Shown here: in pieces, positions 27,011 to 35,332 of the stretch
Layout: every line of letters starts with the position of its first letter
Position numbering within the stretch: position 1 is the first letter of the stretch
Assembly (NCBI GenBank): GCA_934402515.1
Contig: CAKRTZ010000001.1
Location: 368-64,367 of the forward strand
Length of the DNA stretch: 64,000 nucleotides
Source of the DNA: an uncultured Lachnospiraceae bacterium
Lineage (GTDB): Bacteria; Bacillota; Clostridia; Lachnospirales; Lachnospiraceae
Direction of reading: 5' to 3'
Made by a program: the position numbers and the translations under genes
The notes under the pieces: generated by a model
Seen by the model: only the letters and a program-made list of their open reading frames with translations
What the model was told of the DNA's origin: nothing
Databases searched by the model: none

Positions 27011-27991
27011 TTACTCTATAAGATCCTGCAAATATTTCCGATATTCCAGACGCACACTTTCCGGGGAAAGGATCTGCACCTGTTTTCCGATACCTGCAAG
27101 CCATCCGAAAAATTGTCCGCTCACCGCTACCGGCACCCGAACGGAAAAATGCTGCTCATCTCTCTTTCGGATACTGACTTCTGTTCCAAAGCGGTCTACC
27201 ATCACTCCGAGAAGATGATTTTCAAATTGCAGCGTCAGCATTTCTTCTCTTCCACCATACATATTAAAGGTTCGATTACAATACTGTGCCACATCAAAGT
27301 TGGAAAAAGCTTCCTGTCCATTTCTCTTCTCGTGATTCAACCGGATCGTTCCCATCTTGTCCACACGGTAATGCTTAATCTTGCACTCCTCTTCATCGTA
27401 GGCAATCAGATAGTAATTTTCTGCATTCCATGCCAGGGACCAGGGACTGACCACATATTCATGACCATTTCTCCTGGGCTGCAGTTTTTTTTGCAGATTC
27501 CAGTCCAGATAGGTAAAACAGATCTGGCTTCCTTCGTTAAGTGCCTGATGGATCTGATCCACACTGTCATAAATCTCTTCGTTGCTGGCTTTCACCCGGC
27601 TGGCCACATAGACCTGGCGCTGCAGCTGTCTGCCATCGTATCTGTTGGCAAAGGTTTCCAGCTTATGGATCAGTTCCTCAGATTTTGATTTCGTGATAAA
27701 CCGGGATGACTGCACCACATCCACCAGAACTTTTAATTCCGGCAGGGTAAAGGTTCTGGCTGCCAGGTAATACCCGCTGTTTCCTCTTCCTCTTTTCTGA
27801 ACCACTCCGATTCCGAATTCTTTCAGCCGCTGCATGTCATCATAAATACTCTTGCGCTCTGCACTGATGTCATATTCCGCCAGTTTCTCAATCAGTTCCG
27901 CTGCATTTAAAGGATGTTCCTCATCCGTCTGCTCCCAGAGAATTTTGATCAGATACAGGATTTTGCTTTTCTGATTATATGATTTGGACAT
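27011..27991 (-). CDS. WYL-domain transcriptional regulator (N-terminal HTH, YafY-like)
   Basis: 326 aa. HTH: ILYLIKILWEQTDEEHPLNAAELIEKLAEYDISAERKSIYDDMQRL. WYL core: YYLIAYDEEECKIKHYRVDKM. GGAGG Shine-Dalgarno present. Confidence 0.8.
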   Translation of the reverse strand: MSKSYNQKSKILYLIKILWEQTDEEHPLNAAELIEKLAEYDISAERKSIYDDMQRLKEFGIGVVQKRGRGNSGYYLAARTFTLPELKVLVDVVQSSRFITKSKSEELIHKLETFANRYDGRQLQRQVYVASRVKASNEEIYDSVDQIHQALNEGSQICFTYLDWNLQKKLQPRRNGHEYVVSPWSLAWNAENYYLIAYDEEECKIKHYRVDKMGTIRLNHEKRNGQEAFSNFDVAQYCNRTFNMYGGREEMLTLQFENHLLGVMVDRFGTEVSIRKRDEQHFSVRVPVAVSGQFFGWLAGIGKQVQILSPESVRLEYRKYLQDLIE

Positions 27992-28003
27992 CGGATTTTC
28001 CTC

Positions 28004-28702
28004 CTAGGAATGAGCCACCAGTGCCAATACATCCGGCAGGCTTCTGATTTCGTAAGTCACCGGAATTTCCCTATCCTCTGGTTTTTTCTTCGGATTATAC
28101 CAGCAGGTGGCAATTCCGGCATTTTTTCCTCCCTTCATATCGCTGGAAAGGGAATCTCCGATCAGCAGCACCTGCCTGGGATCCACCTCTCCCAGTGTTT
28201 CAAAAACTTTATGAAAAAAGGCCGCTGAGGGTTTCTCCGCACCGATCTCTTCTGAAATAAACAGACCATCCATAAGCTTTTCCAGCTTTGACAGATGCAT
28301 ACGGCTCTTCTGGGTATCCGCCACTCCGTTGGTAACCACATACTGCCGCAGTCCCAGATCTTTACATGCCGCCACAACCTCCCATGCATCCTCAAACAGA
28401 AAAGCAGATGCCGAAAGTTCTTCATTATAAGTGAGTCTGAACTGTACCGGATCCAAATCCTGAATCATCAGGGTTTCAAACAATGTCCGGAATCTTCCTA
28501 CCAGCAGTTCCTGCCGTGTCACTTCCCCCAGTTCCAGACGTTTCCAGTAGCTTTCGTTAATTTTGGAATAGAGGGAAACCACATCATCCCCCACACTGCG
28601 TCTGTATTTTGCAAAACTTTTTAGCAACGCATTTCTCTCACATTTTTTGAAATCCAGAAGTGTATCATCCAGATCCCAAAACAGAATTGTATAGTTTGCC
28701 AT
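28004..28702 (-). CDS. HAD-superfamily hydrolase, YjjG-type (noncanonical pyrimidine nucleotidase-like)
   Basis: Motif I FWDLDDTLLDF, motif II VVTNG, motif IV GDSLSSDMKGG. The subfamily call is from memory of TIGR02254-like sequences. Confidence 0.7.
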   Translation of the reverse strand: MANYTILFWDLDDTLLDFKKCERNALLKSFAKYRRSVGDDVVSLYSKINESYWKRLELGEVTRQELLVGRFRTLFETLMIQDLDPVQFRLTYNEELSASAFLFEDAWEVVAACKDLGLRQYVVTNGVADTQKSRMHLSKLEKLMDGLFISEEIGAEKPSAAFFHKVFETLGEVDPRQVLLIGDSLSSDMKGGKNAGIATCWYNPKKKPEDREIPVTYEIRSLPDVLALVAHS

Positions 28703-28707
28703 TTTCG

Positions 28708-29319
28708 TTATTCCTCGTCTTTATCCGGTAATAATGCCGCTTTTGCCAGCTGATCTGCCTCCTCGTTATAAGTATCCCCTGTGTGGGCTGCAATTTTCCG
28801 AAAGGTTATCTCACAGGTTTTTCCGCTCTCCTTCATGAAAGCCGCATATTTTTGCGTCAGTTCATTCTTCGCTTTCCATCCACCGGTGGCCCACATCTCG
28901 ATTCCCATATAATCGTAGCAGATTTCTAACTTTCCATACCCTGCTTTCTGTGCCCACTTCACTGCATACATGGCACCTAACATTTCCCCTGCCACGTTGC
29001 GCAATGCCACACACTCCGGGCTGCTTCCTCCCCCGTTTTTACGAATAATCCCGCCTCCCGGTACAAGAAGCACGCAGCCATATGCATATCGTCCCAGATT
29101 CACATCAAAACTGCCATCCACATAAGCAATCAGATGGTTCTGGTCCTTTTGGGGAGACTTACCTTCCTCTTTCAGATAAGCTTCTGCCTCCTTCCGGGAA
29201 GCAAAGCTTTTATATTGAGCCCCGCTGAATCCATCCACTGATGCCTTACAGGCTTCCCAGCTTACATAAATTCCCGGCTTTTTTCCTTTTTTTACTGCAT
29301 AAAACTTTTGTTTTGCCAT
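28708..29319 (-). CDS. RNase H1-type protein with an N-terminal hybrid-binding (viroplasmin-like) domain
   Basis: The N-terminal segment KFYAVKKGKKPGIYVSWEACKASVDGFSGAQYKSFASRKEAEAYL is followed by an RNase H fold (AYVDGS, AGEMLGA, HTGDTYNEEADQLAK). The ATG at 29319 overlaps the upstream stop as TAATG. An alternative GTG start lies at 29325. Confidence 0.8.
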   Translation of the reverse strand: MAKQKFYAVKKGKKPGIYVSWEACKASVDGFSGAQYKSFASRKEAEAYLKEEGKSPQKDQNHLIAYVDGSFDVNLGRYAYGCVLLVPGGGIIRKNGGGSSPECVALRNVAGEMLGAMYAVKWAQKAGYGKLEICYDYMGIEMWATGGWKAKNELTQKYAAFMKESGKTCEITFRKIAAHTGDTYNEEADQLAKAALLPDKDEE

Positions 29320-31013
29320 TACCACTTTCCTGTCTGCAGAAATTGCTCTGCCCGTTTCTCCGCTCTTACCGTAATCTCCTTTTCAAATCCCATCATGTCT
29401 AACAGCTTAATGGCATTCCGGCTGGTGGCCTCTCCCTTTTGAATCACATAAGTAAAATGAATCTGTGTTCCGTCAAACTCTTCGGAGAAATGGTAATTTT
29501 CATATTCTCCGCATAGCAGCTTCGTCAATTCAATATCATGGGTAGCGGTAAAGCAAAGAAGATTCTGTCCGGCCAGATCATGAAGAATTTCCACAGAGGC
29601 TGCAATACGTTCTACGGTGTTAGTGCCGCGAAGTACCTCATCCACAAAACAAAGCACCGGTGTTTTCTCCGCCTGCGCCCCGTCAAGAATCCGTTTCAGT
29701 GCCTTAATTTCTGCCATATAATAGCTTTCTCCGGAAAGCAGGTCATCGTGTAGTGCCATGGAGGAATAAATGCGGAAAAAGCTTGCCTGATAAACCTCTG
29801 CTAAAACCATGTGGACAGACTGTGCCATCAGTGCGGCAACAGCAACTGTTTTCAGAAATGTGGATTTACCCGAAGCATTGGAGCCGGTGATCAGAACATT
29901 TCGTTCCGTTTCCACAGAATTGGCAACCGGCTGTTCCAACAGAGGATGCACGCCTTTTTGAAGATGGATTTTCTTATTCCCGGTAAACACCGGAATACAA
30001 TAAGCCTGTCCCTTCTGTCTTAGGTACTCCCGATAGCACTGAATCGAGATGGACGCATCCAGCTGTCCCGTCACAGTCATCAGAACCTCTATCTGGGGCA
30101 GATGCCCACGCACCTGACGCAGCATCTGATTGAATTTTAAAATATCCAGATGAAACATCATACGGATATAGTCCAGTGCCAGTTCCACCGGATCGCTGCT
30201 TCCGCTCATTCTGGTGGGGGACAAAATCAAATGGGAATTTCTCCGGTATTTCTTAAATACCTTTACCTGTTCCATAATAAGCCGGGCATCCTCCCGAAGA
30301 ATTTCTTCTTCCTGTTTTTTTAGTACCCCGGCCACCTGCTCTGCGCCCTCAATCAATCGCAACAAATAGGAGAAACTGACAATGTAGGGATCAATCTCTC
30401 CCTTTTGTTTGAAATACCGCAGGAAATTGAAAAGGACTCCTGCAATCATTCCAGTCACTCCGATGCCCACGTTTACAAAGCACATGGGAATCATCCCCAG
30501 GATAAAAAGGTCGACTGCCACAGATAACACACCGTTTCGCTCTCCCAGATTATCCAACAGATCCAGATAATCCCAGATCGCATATTTTCCACTCCGGCCC
30601 ACCTTTAAAAACTGCATCTGCAGTGGCAGGCGCACCTCGTCCTTCTCCATGGCACAGATCCGTTTTTCCCGCTGTTTCAAGGTTTCTTCTTCATAGCAGG
30701 GAGTCCGCAGCATGTAATAGAGAAATTGTTCTCCCACACTGCTGTCTGTATAATCCATTTTTTTGAACACTTCATCCATTCCCAGATCATTCCAGGTTAT
30801 GTCATCAATACCATTGGAATCCTTATGTCGTACATAGTAAGAAGCGATGGTCTTCCCTTCCTCCGCCTTATGCTTTTTGGAGGAAGCTTTCCCATAATTG
30901 TCCCGGTGCTGCGCCTCCAGCCATCTCCAACGTTTTTTTTCATTGATGCGGTCTGCCACCGTGAGAAACAGAATAAAGGCCACAAAAAGCACTAGCAACA
31001 GCTCATATTCCAT
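29319..31013 (-). CDS. Membrane-anchored MutS-family ATPase (MutS domain V only; no mismatch-recognition domain evident)
   Basis: 564 aa. Hydrophobic N-terminus LLLVLFVAFILFLTV, with further helices around VAVDLFILGMIPMCFVNVGIGVTGMIAGVLF. Walker A GSNASGKST, Walker B FVDEVLRGTN, and TATHD. Confidence 0.75.
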   Translation of the reverse strand: MEYELLLVLFVAFILFLTVADRINEKKRWRWLEAQHRDNYGKASSKKHKAEEGKTIASYYVRHKDSNGIDDITWNDLGMDEVFKKMDYTDSSVGEQFLYYMLRTPCYEEETLKQREKRICAMEKDEVRLPLQMQFLKVGRSGKYAIWDYLDLLDNLGERNGVLSVAVDLFILGMIPMCFVNVGIGVTGMIAGVLFNFLRYFKQKGEIDPYIVSFSYLLRLIEGAEQVAGVLKKQEEEILREDARLIMEQVKVFKKYRRNSHLILSPTRMSGSSDPVELALDYIRMMFHLDILKFNQMLRQVRGHLPQIEVLMTVTGQLDASISIQCYREYLRQKGQAYCIPVFTGNKKIHLQKGVHPLLEQPVANSVETERNVLITGSNASGKSTFLKTVAVAALMAQSVHMVLAEVYQASFFRIYSSMALHDDLLSGESYYMAEIKALKRILDGAQAEKTPVLCFVDEVLRGTNTVERIAASVEILHDLAGQNLLCFTATHDIELTKLLCGEYENYHFSEEFDGTQIHFTYVIQKGEATSRNAIKLLDMMGFEKEITVRAEKRAEQFLQTGKW

Positions 31014-31014
31014 C

Positions 31015-32292
31015 TTACTTTTCTAAAATCCTTTCCAGGGTCTTTTCTACCCCCCGATAAATCTCCTTCGGCTGATCCTTTGTGTAGAAAGTACCACTTT
31101 CATACAAAATTCTTCCATGAATCATGGTCATGGCCACATTTTGTTTACTTCCGCTGTATACCAGATTCTTCTGGATATTATGGATCGGCTGCATATTGGG
31201 CTGATGCAGGTCTATACGGATCAAATCCGCATACTTTCCTTCGGCAAGCACATCACTGTTGTCAAGTCCCATGGCTTTCGCGCCGTTCACCGTTGCCATT
31301 TTCAAAACTTCCCTTGCATCCACGGCCGCTGCATCCTGCTCCTTTAACTTAGCCAGACCGGTCACCAGAAACATTTCACGGAACATATCCAGACAGTTGT
31401 TGCTGGAAGGCCCATCCGTTCCCACTGCCACCGGAATTCCATCCTTCAAAAAATCGCTGATAGGAGCAATTCCGCTGGCAAGCTTTGTGTTGGATCCCGG
31501 ATTGGTCACGATGGTAAGATTTCGTTTTTTAAAGATGGCACGATCCTCAGGTGTCAGATATACACCATGATAGCCACCACCGCCATACTCCCACATACCA
31601 AGACTCTCAAAGAGCTGTGCCGGCGTGCAGCCGTAACGTTCTACACAGCCTTCCACCTCTGCTTTTGTCTCTGAGATATGAGTAAATACCGGCGCTTTGT
31701 ATTTCTGTGACAGTTCCGCCACCTGGGCAAGCAGTTCTTTGGAAGTGGTATACTCTGCATGAAAACCCAGCATAAAACTGTTCAGTTCATCCTTGTGGTT
31801 TAATTTCTCGTACCACTGCTCTAACAAAGGAATGGACTCGCTGAAGTTATTCAGTCCCCCAACCTGCACGCACCGCATCCCCATATTGGAACAGGCATCT
31901 GCGATGGAATCCGGCGTGAGATACATGTCAAAGATAGCCGTCACTCCGGTGGTGAGATATTCCAGGATTGCCAACTCTGTGGCTGTATAAATATCCTCCG
32001 GTGTCAATTTCGCTTCCAAGGGAAAAATCTGTGTATTCAACCATTCCGCCAAAGGACAGTCATCCGCCAGAGAGCGCATCAAGGTCATCCCCGAATGGGT
32101 ATGGGCATTCTTAAAGCCCGGCATGAGCAGATCCCCCTTGCAATCAATCTCACGTTGGAAGTCCTTGGGTGTATCCTCCCTGGCCGGCCCTACATAGGTA
32201 ATTTGGGCTCCCTCTGTCCAGATTTCTCCCTGAAAGATCTCCTCCCCTTCCTTCATCGTTAGGATTCTTGCATTATATAGTCTAATTTTCAT
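31015..32292 (-). CDS. Amidohydrolase of the MtaD type (5-methylthioadenosine/S-adenosylhomocysteine deaminase-like)
   Basis: 425 aa with metal-binding motifs NAHTHSGMT, HISE and GTDGPSSNN. Confidence 0.75.
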   Translation of the reverse strand: MKIRLYNARILTMKEGEEIFQGEIWTEGAQITYVGPAREDTPKDFQREIDCKGDLLMPGFKNAHTHSGMTLMRSLADDCPLAEWLNTQIFPLEAKLTPEDIYTATELAILEYLTTGVTAIFDMYLTPDSIADACSNMGMRCVQVGGLNNFSESIPLLEQWYEKLNHKDELNSFMLGFHAEYTTSKELLAQVAELSQKYKAPVFTHISETKAEVEGCVERYGCTPAQLFESLGMWEYGGGGYHGVYLTPEDRAIFKKRNLTIVTNPGSNTKLASGIAPISDFLKDGIPVAVGTDGPSSNNCLDMFREMFLVTGLAKLKEQDAAAVDAREVLKMATVNGAKAMGLDNSDVLAEGKYADLIRIDLHQPNMQPIHNIQKNLVYSGSKQNVAMTMIHGRILYESGTFYTKDQPKEIYRGVEKTLERILEK

Positions 32293-32336
32293 AAATACCT
32301 CTCTTTTCTCCTGTGGAAAAATACATCGAAGATCTT

Positions 32337-32801
32337 TTACCTAAGATTATCCGGTCCAAAACTCTGAGGCAATAACTCGTCCAATGTCATCTGATGATAG
32401 TTTCGGATGGACTTCGCCGTGATCACCGTAAACTCCTGGGGATTCACAAATTCCCGAAGAACCTGTCTGCACACCCCACAGGGAAATGCGTATTGGGACA
32501 ATTCCTGTCCTTCTTCGGTTACATCCTCTGTTTCCGGCCCTCCCACAATGGCAATCGCCTGAAAATTTCTCCCGGTCGTCCCCGTTTTCTTCTCGCTCAC
32601 TGCCTTAAATACTGCCACCCGCTCCGCACAGATCGTTGGCCCGAAAGCCGCATTTTCAATATTACACCCGGTCACAATGCTGCCGTCTGTGCAAAGCAGT
32701 GCTGCCCCCACCCTATAATGGGAATAAGGGGTATAGGCATTTCTTCTGGCAAGGAATGCTGTCTCGATCAGTTGTTGACGTAAAGTTTCTGTCAGTTCCA
32801 T
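32337..32801 (-). CDS. cdd: Cytidine deaminase
   Basis: Zinc motifs CAERVAVFKAV and PCGVCRQVLREF. There is an insertion of about 20 aa before the PCGxC motif. Confidence 0.9.
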   Translation of the reverse strand: MELTETLRQQLIETAFLARRNAYTPYSHYRVGAALLCTDGSIVTGCNIENAAFGPTICAERVAVFKAVSEKKTGTTGRNFQAIAIVGGPETEDVTEEGQELSQYAFPCGVCRQVLREFVNPQEFTVITAKSIRNYHQMTLDELLPQSFGPDNLR

Positions 32802-32812
32802 CTTTCCTATCC

Positions 32813-33634
32813 TTAAAATTTCTTAATGGACTCCGTTACCAGTTTCTTAAATAAAGGCGCCACTCTGTTGGCCGTTTCCTGCACTTCCTGATGGGTGATA
32901 GGCTGCTCCAGCATACCGGCTGCCAGATTACTGATACAGGAGATTCCGCAAATCTTCATTCCCATATGATTAGCTGTGATTGCTTCCACAACGGTGCTCA
33001 TGCCGGCTGCATCTGCTCCCAGTGTACGGAGCATCCGAATCTCTGCCGGAGACTCAAAGGAGGGTCCGGTCAGCTGAACATAAACCCCCTCCTTCAAGGG
33101 AATCTCATTATCTGCCGCCGTGTCGCGGATGATCTGCTGTAAATCTTCATCATATACGTGGCTCATATCCGGGAAACGAAGTCCGAATTCTTCTTCATTG
33201 GGTCCGATTAACGGATTGGGTGCAAAGCAGGAAATGTGATCTTTAATCAGCATCAGTGTTCCCGCGTTAAAATCAAAATTGATTCCCCCCGCTGCATTGG
33301 TAAGGAATAAAATCTCTGCCCCCATCCGATGCATCAGTCTGGCCGGAAGCACCACATCAGATACCGCATAGCCTTCATAATAATGAACACGCCCCTTCAT
33401 GCATACCACCGGAACCTCTCCCACATAGCCAAAAATAAATTTTCCGGCATGACCGGGTACTGTGGAAACAGGAAATCCCGGAATTTCTTTGTAGGGAATC
33501 TCAGCCTCCACCTGAATATCATCCGCATAATCTCCCAGTCCTGATCCCAGTACCAACGCCACCCTGGGAATAAAGGGAATCCGGTCTTTTATACTTTCAT
33601 AACATGCTTCACATTTTTCAAAATTAACGCCCAT
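32813..33634 (-). CDS. punA: Purine nucleoside phosphorylase (trimeric PNP/PunA type)
   Basis: Motifs LGSGLG, GFPVSTVPGHAGKFIFG and GMSTV. I start at ATG 33634, which has AGGAGAG upstream. The track's GTG at 33670 has no Shine-Dalgarno. Confidence 0.85.
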   Translation of the reverse strand: MGVNFEKCEACYESIKDRIPFIPRVALVLGSGLGDYADDIQVEAEIPYKEIPGFPVSTVPGHAGKFIFGYVGEVPVVCMKGRVHYYEGYAVSDVVLPARLMHRMGAEILFLTNAAGGINFDFNAGTLMLIKDHISCFAPNPLIGPNEEEFGLRFPDMSHVYDEDLQQIIRDTAADNEIPLKEGVYVQLTGPSFESPAEIRMLRTLGADAAGMSTVVEAITANHMGMKICGISCISNLAAGMLEQPITHQEVQETANRVAPLFKKLVTESIKKF

Positions 33635-33742
33635 AATCTCTCCTGCCTTTCTGAAATCAGGAAAAAACACTCTGTGTCACAGTCCTGTTCTCCCGTCAAA
33701 ATATATTTTATTATAGCACATTACTCCTTCTGCTGAACAGGA

Positions 33743-33770
33743 AAAAGTGCCACCCGCAGGCGACACTTTT
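33743..33770 (-). terminator. Intrinsic terminator after spoIVA
   Basis: On the minus strand, AAAAGTGTCGCC tgcgggt GGCACTTTT is followed by TCC. The stem has a bulge. Confidence 0.5.
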
Positions 33771-33784
33771 CTACCGGAAATCCC

Positions 33785-35272
33785 TTATATAATAATACAG
33801 ACCATCCCTCCGTTACTGTCGTTCACAATCTTCTGCATGGTATCCTGGAGTTTCACCTGGCTTTCTTCACCGATCATGGCAATCTTTCCTGCAATTCCGT
33901 CCTCAACCAGCTGTTCAATGGTTTTACCGAATATATTCGTCTCCCAGATGCCGGTCTCTGATTCCTTTGCCTCATCAATATACTGAATCAGATCCTGGGC
34001 CTGTTCCTGTGTCCCCACAATTGGTGCGATCTCCGTCTCTATATTAGCCCGGATCATATGAATGGAAGGACTGCTGGATTTGATTTTTACTCCGAATTTG
34101 TTACCATGACGAATCAGTTCCGGTTTGTCGAGAAGAATCTCATCTCTCTCCGGTGTTACCACGCCATATCCTCTCTGACGCACACTGTCAATGGCATGAA
34201 GGACTTTACTGTATTCTTTCTTCATATCCGTAAGTTCCCGGATGACAGAAATCAAATGGTACTCCCCTTTTACTTCTACCCCCATCAGTTCTGACAGCAT
34301 CTCGTAGTAGAACCGTTCATCCACATCCACATGAAGCACTACACGTCCCTGCGCCATGTCAATCTGATCAACCTTACACCGTTTCACATAATCGCTGGCA
34401 AATTCCGGCCGGTTCTCCATCACATCCCGCATTTTATTTAAATTATCCATCATCTCACGCACATGAGATAACAGATCCGTTTTCAGCTTATGCTCCATTG
34501 GAAGCATTTCTACCCACTTGGGCATATAAAACTCCATCAGCATAATGGGAAATTCTTCCAGCACTCTCTGAAGAATCAGTTCTATGTCTTTCTTCTCCAT
34601 TCGCTCACAGTTCATCACCGTCACGATAACGCCGTATTTATCACCAATTTCCCGTGCTATCTGTCTGGTTGATTCCGCCTCCGGCGTACTGCTGTTCAGA
34701 ATCACCAGAAACGGTTTTTTTAATTTCTGAAGCTGTGTAATGGTTTTTTCCTCCGGTGCCCGATAATTTTCTCTGGGCAGTTCTCCAAAGCTTCCATCCG
34801 TAGTCACTACAATTCCCACCGTGGAGTGATCTCCGATCACCTTGCTGGTTCCGATCTCTGCTGCCTGGGTAAAGGGAATTTCCTGGGTAAACCAGGGTGT
34901 TTTCACCATTCGTTCGCTTCCATCTTCCGTGTGCCCTGCAGCCCCCTCCACCATAAAGCCAACACAATCCACCAACCGAACCCGGATCCGGGTATCGTCC
35001 GCCAGTTGGATCTGGGCAGCCTGTTTCGGAATAAACTTCGGTTCTGTCGTGGTAATTGTTCTTCCTCCGGAGCTTTGAGGCAGTTCATCCACCAGCTGTT
35101 GTTTCTCGTGGCCTTCCGGCATATTGGGAAGAACGCAAAGATCCATAAATTTCTTGATAAAAGTGGATTTTCCGGTTCTCACCGGTCCTACCACTCCCAG
35201 ATATAAAGCTCCCGCCGTTCTCGCCTGAATGTCATGGTATAGATTGAATTCCCTGCTTTGACTTGCTTCCAT
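33785..35272 (-). CDS. spoIVA: Stage IV sporulation protein A (spore coat morphogenetic ATPase)
   Basis: 495 aa. N-terminus is IQARTAGALYLGVVGPVRTGKSTFIKKFMD; the C-terminus ends with GGMVCIII. Confidence 0.95.
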   Translation of the reverse strand: MEASQSREFNLYHDIQARTAGALYLGVVGPVRTGKSTFIKKFMDLCVLPNMPEGHEKQQLVDELPQSSGGRTITTTEPKFIPKQAAQIQLADDTRIRVRLVDCVGFMVEGAAGHTEDGSERMVKTPWFTQEIPFTQAAEIGTSKVIGDHSTVGIVVTTDGSFGELPRENYRAPEEKTITQLQKLKKPFLVILNSSTPEAESTRQIAREIGDKYGVIVTVMNCERMEKKDIELILQRVLEEFPIMLMEFYMPKWVEMLPMEHKLKTDLLSHVREMMDNLNKMRDVMENRPEFASDYVKRCKVDQIDMAQGRVVLHVDVDERFYYEMLSELMGVEVKGEYHLISVIRELTDMKKEYSKVLHAIDSVRQRGYGVVTPERDEILLDKPELIRHGNKFGVKIKSSSPSIHMIRANIETEIAPIVGTQEQAQDLIQYIDEAKESETGIWETNIFGKTIEQLVEDGIAGKIAMIGEESQVKLQDTMQKIVNDSNGGMVCIII

Positions 35273-35279
35273 AATAAAA

Positions 35280-35313
35280 CCCCTTCCATTGTTGTAACAT
35301 TATATGGAAGGGG
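35280..35313 (-). terminator. Intrinsic terminator after the GGDEF-EAL gene; its 3' arm is the spoIVA Shine-Dalgarno
   Basis: On the minus strand, CCCCTTCCAT, a 14-nt loop, ATGGAAGGGG, then TTTTATT and the spoIVA ATG. Confidence 0.65.
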
Positions 35314-35332
35314 GCTTTTATTTAGACCAACT

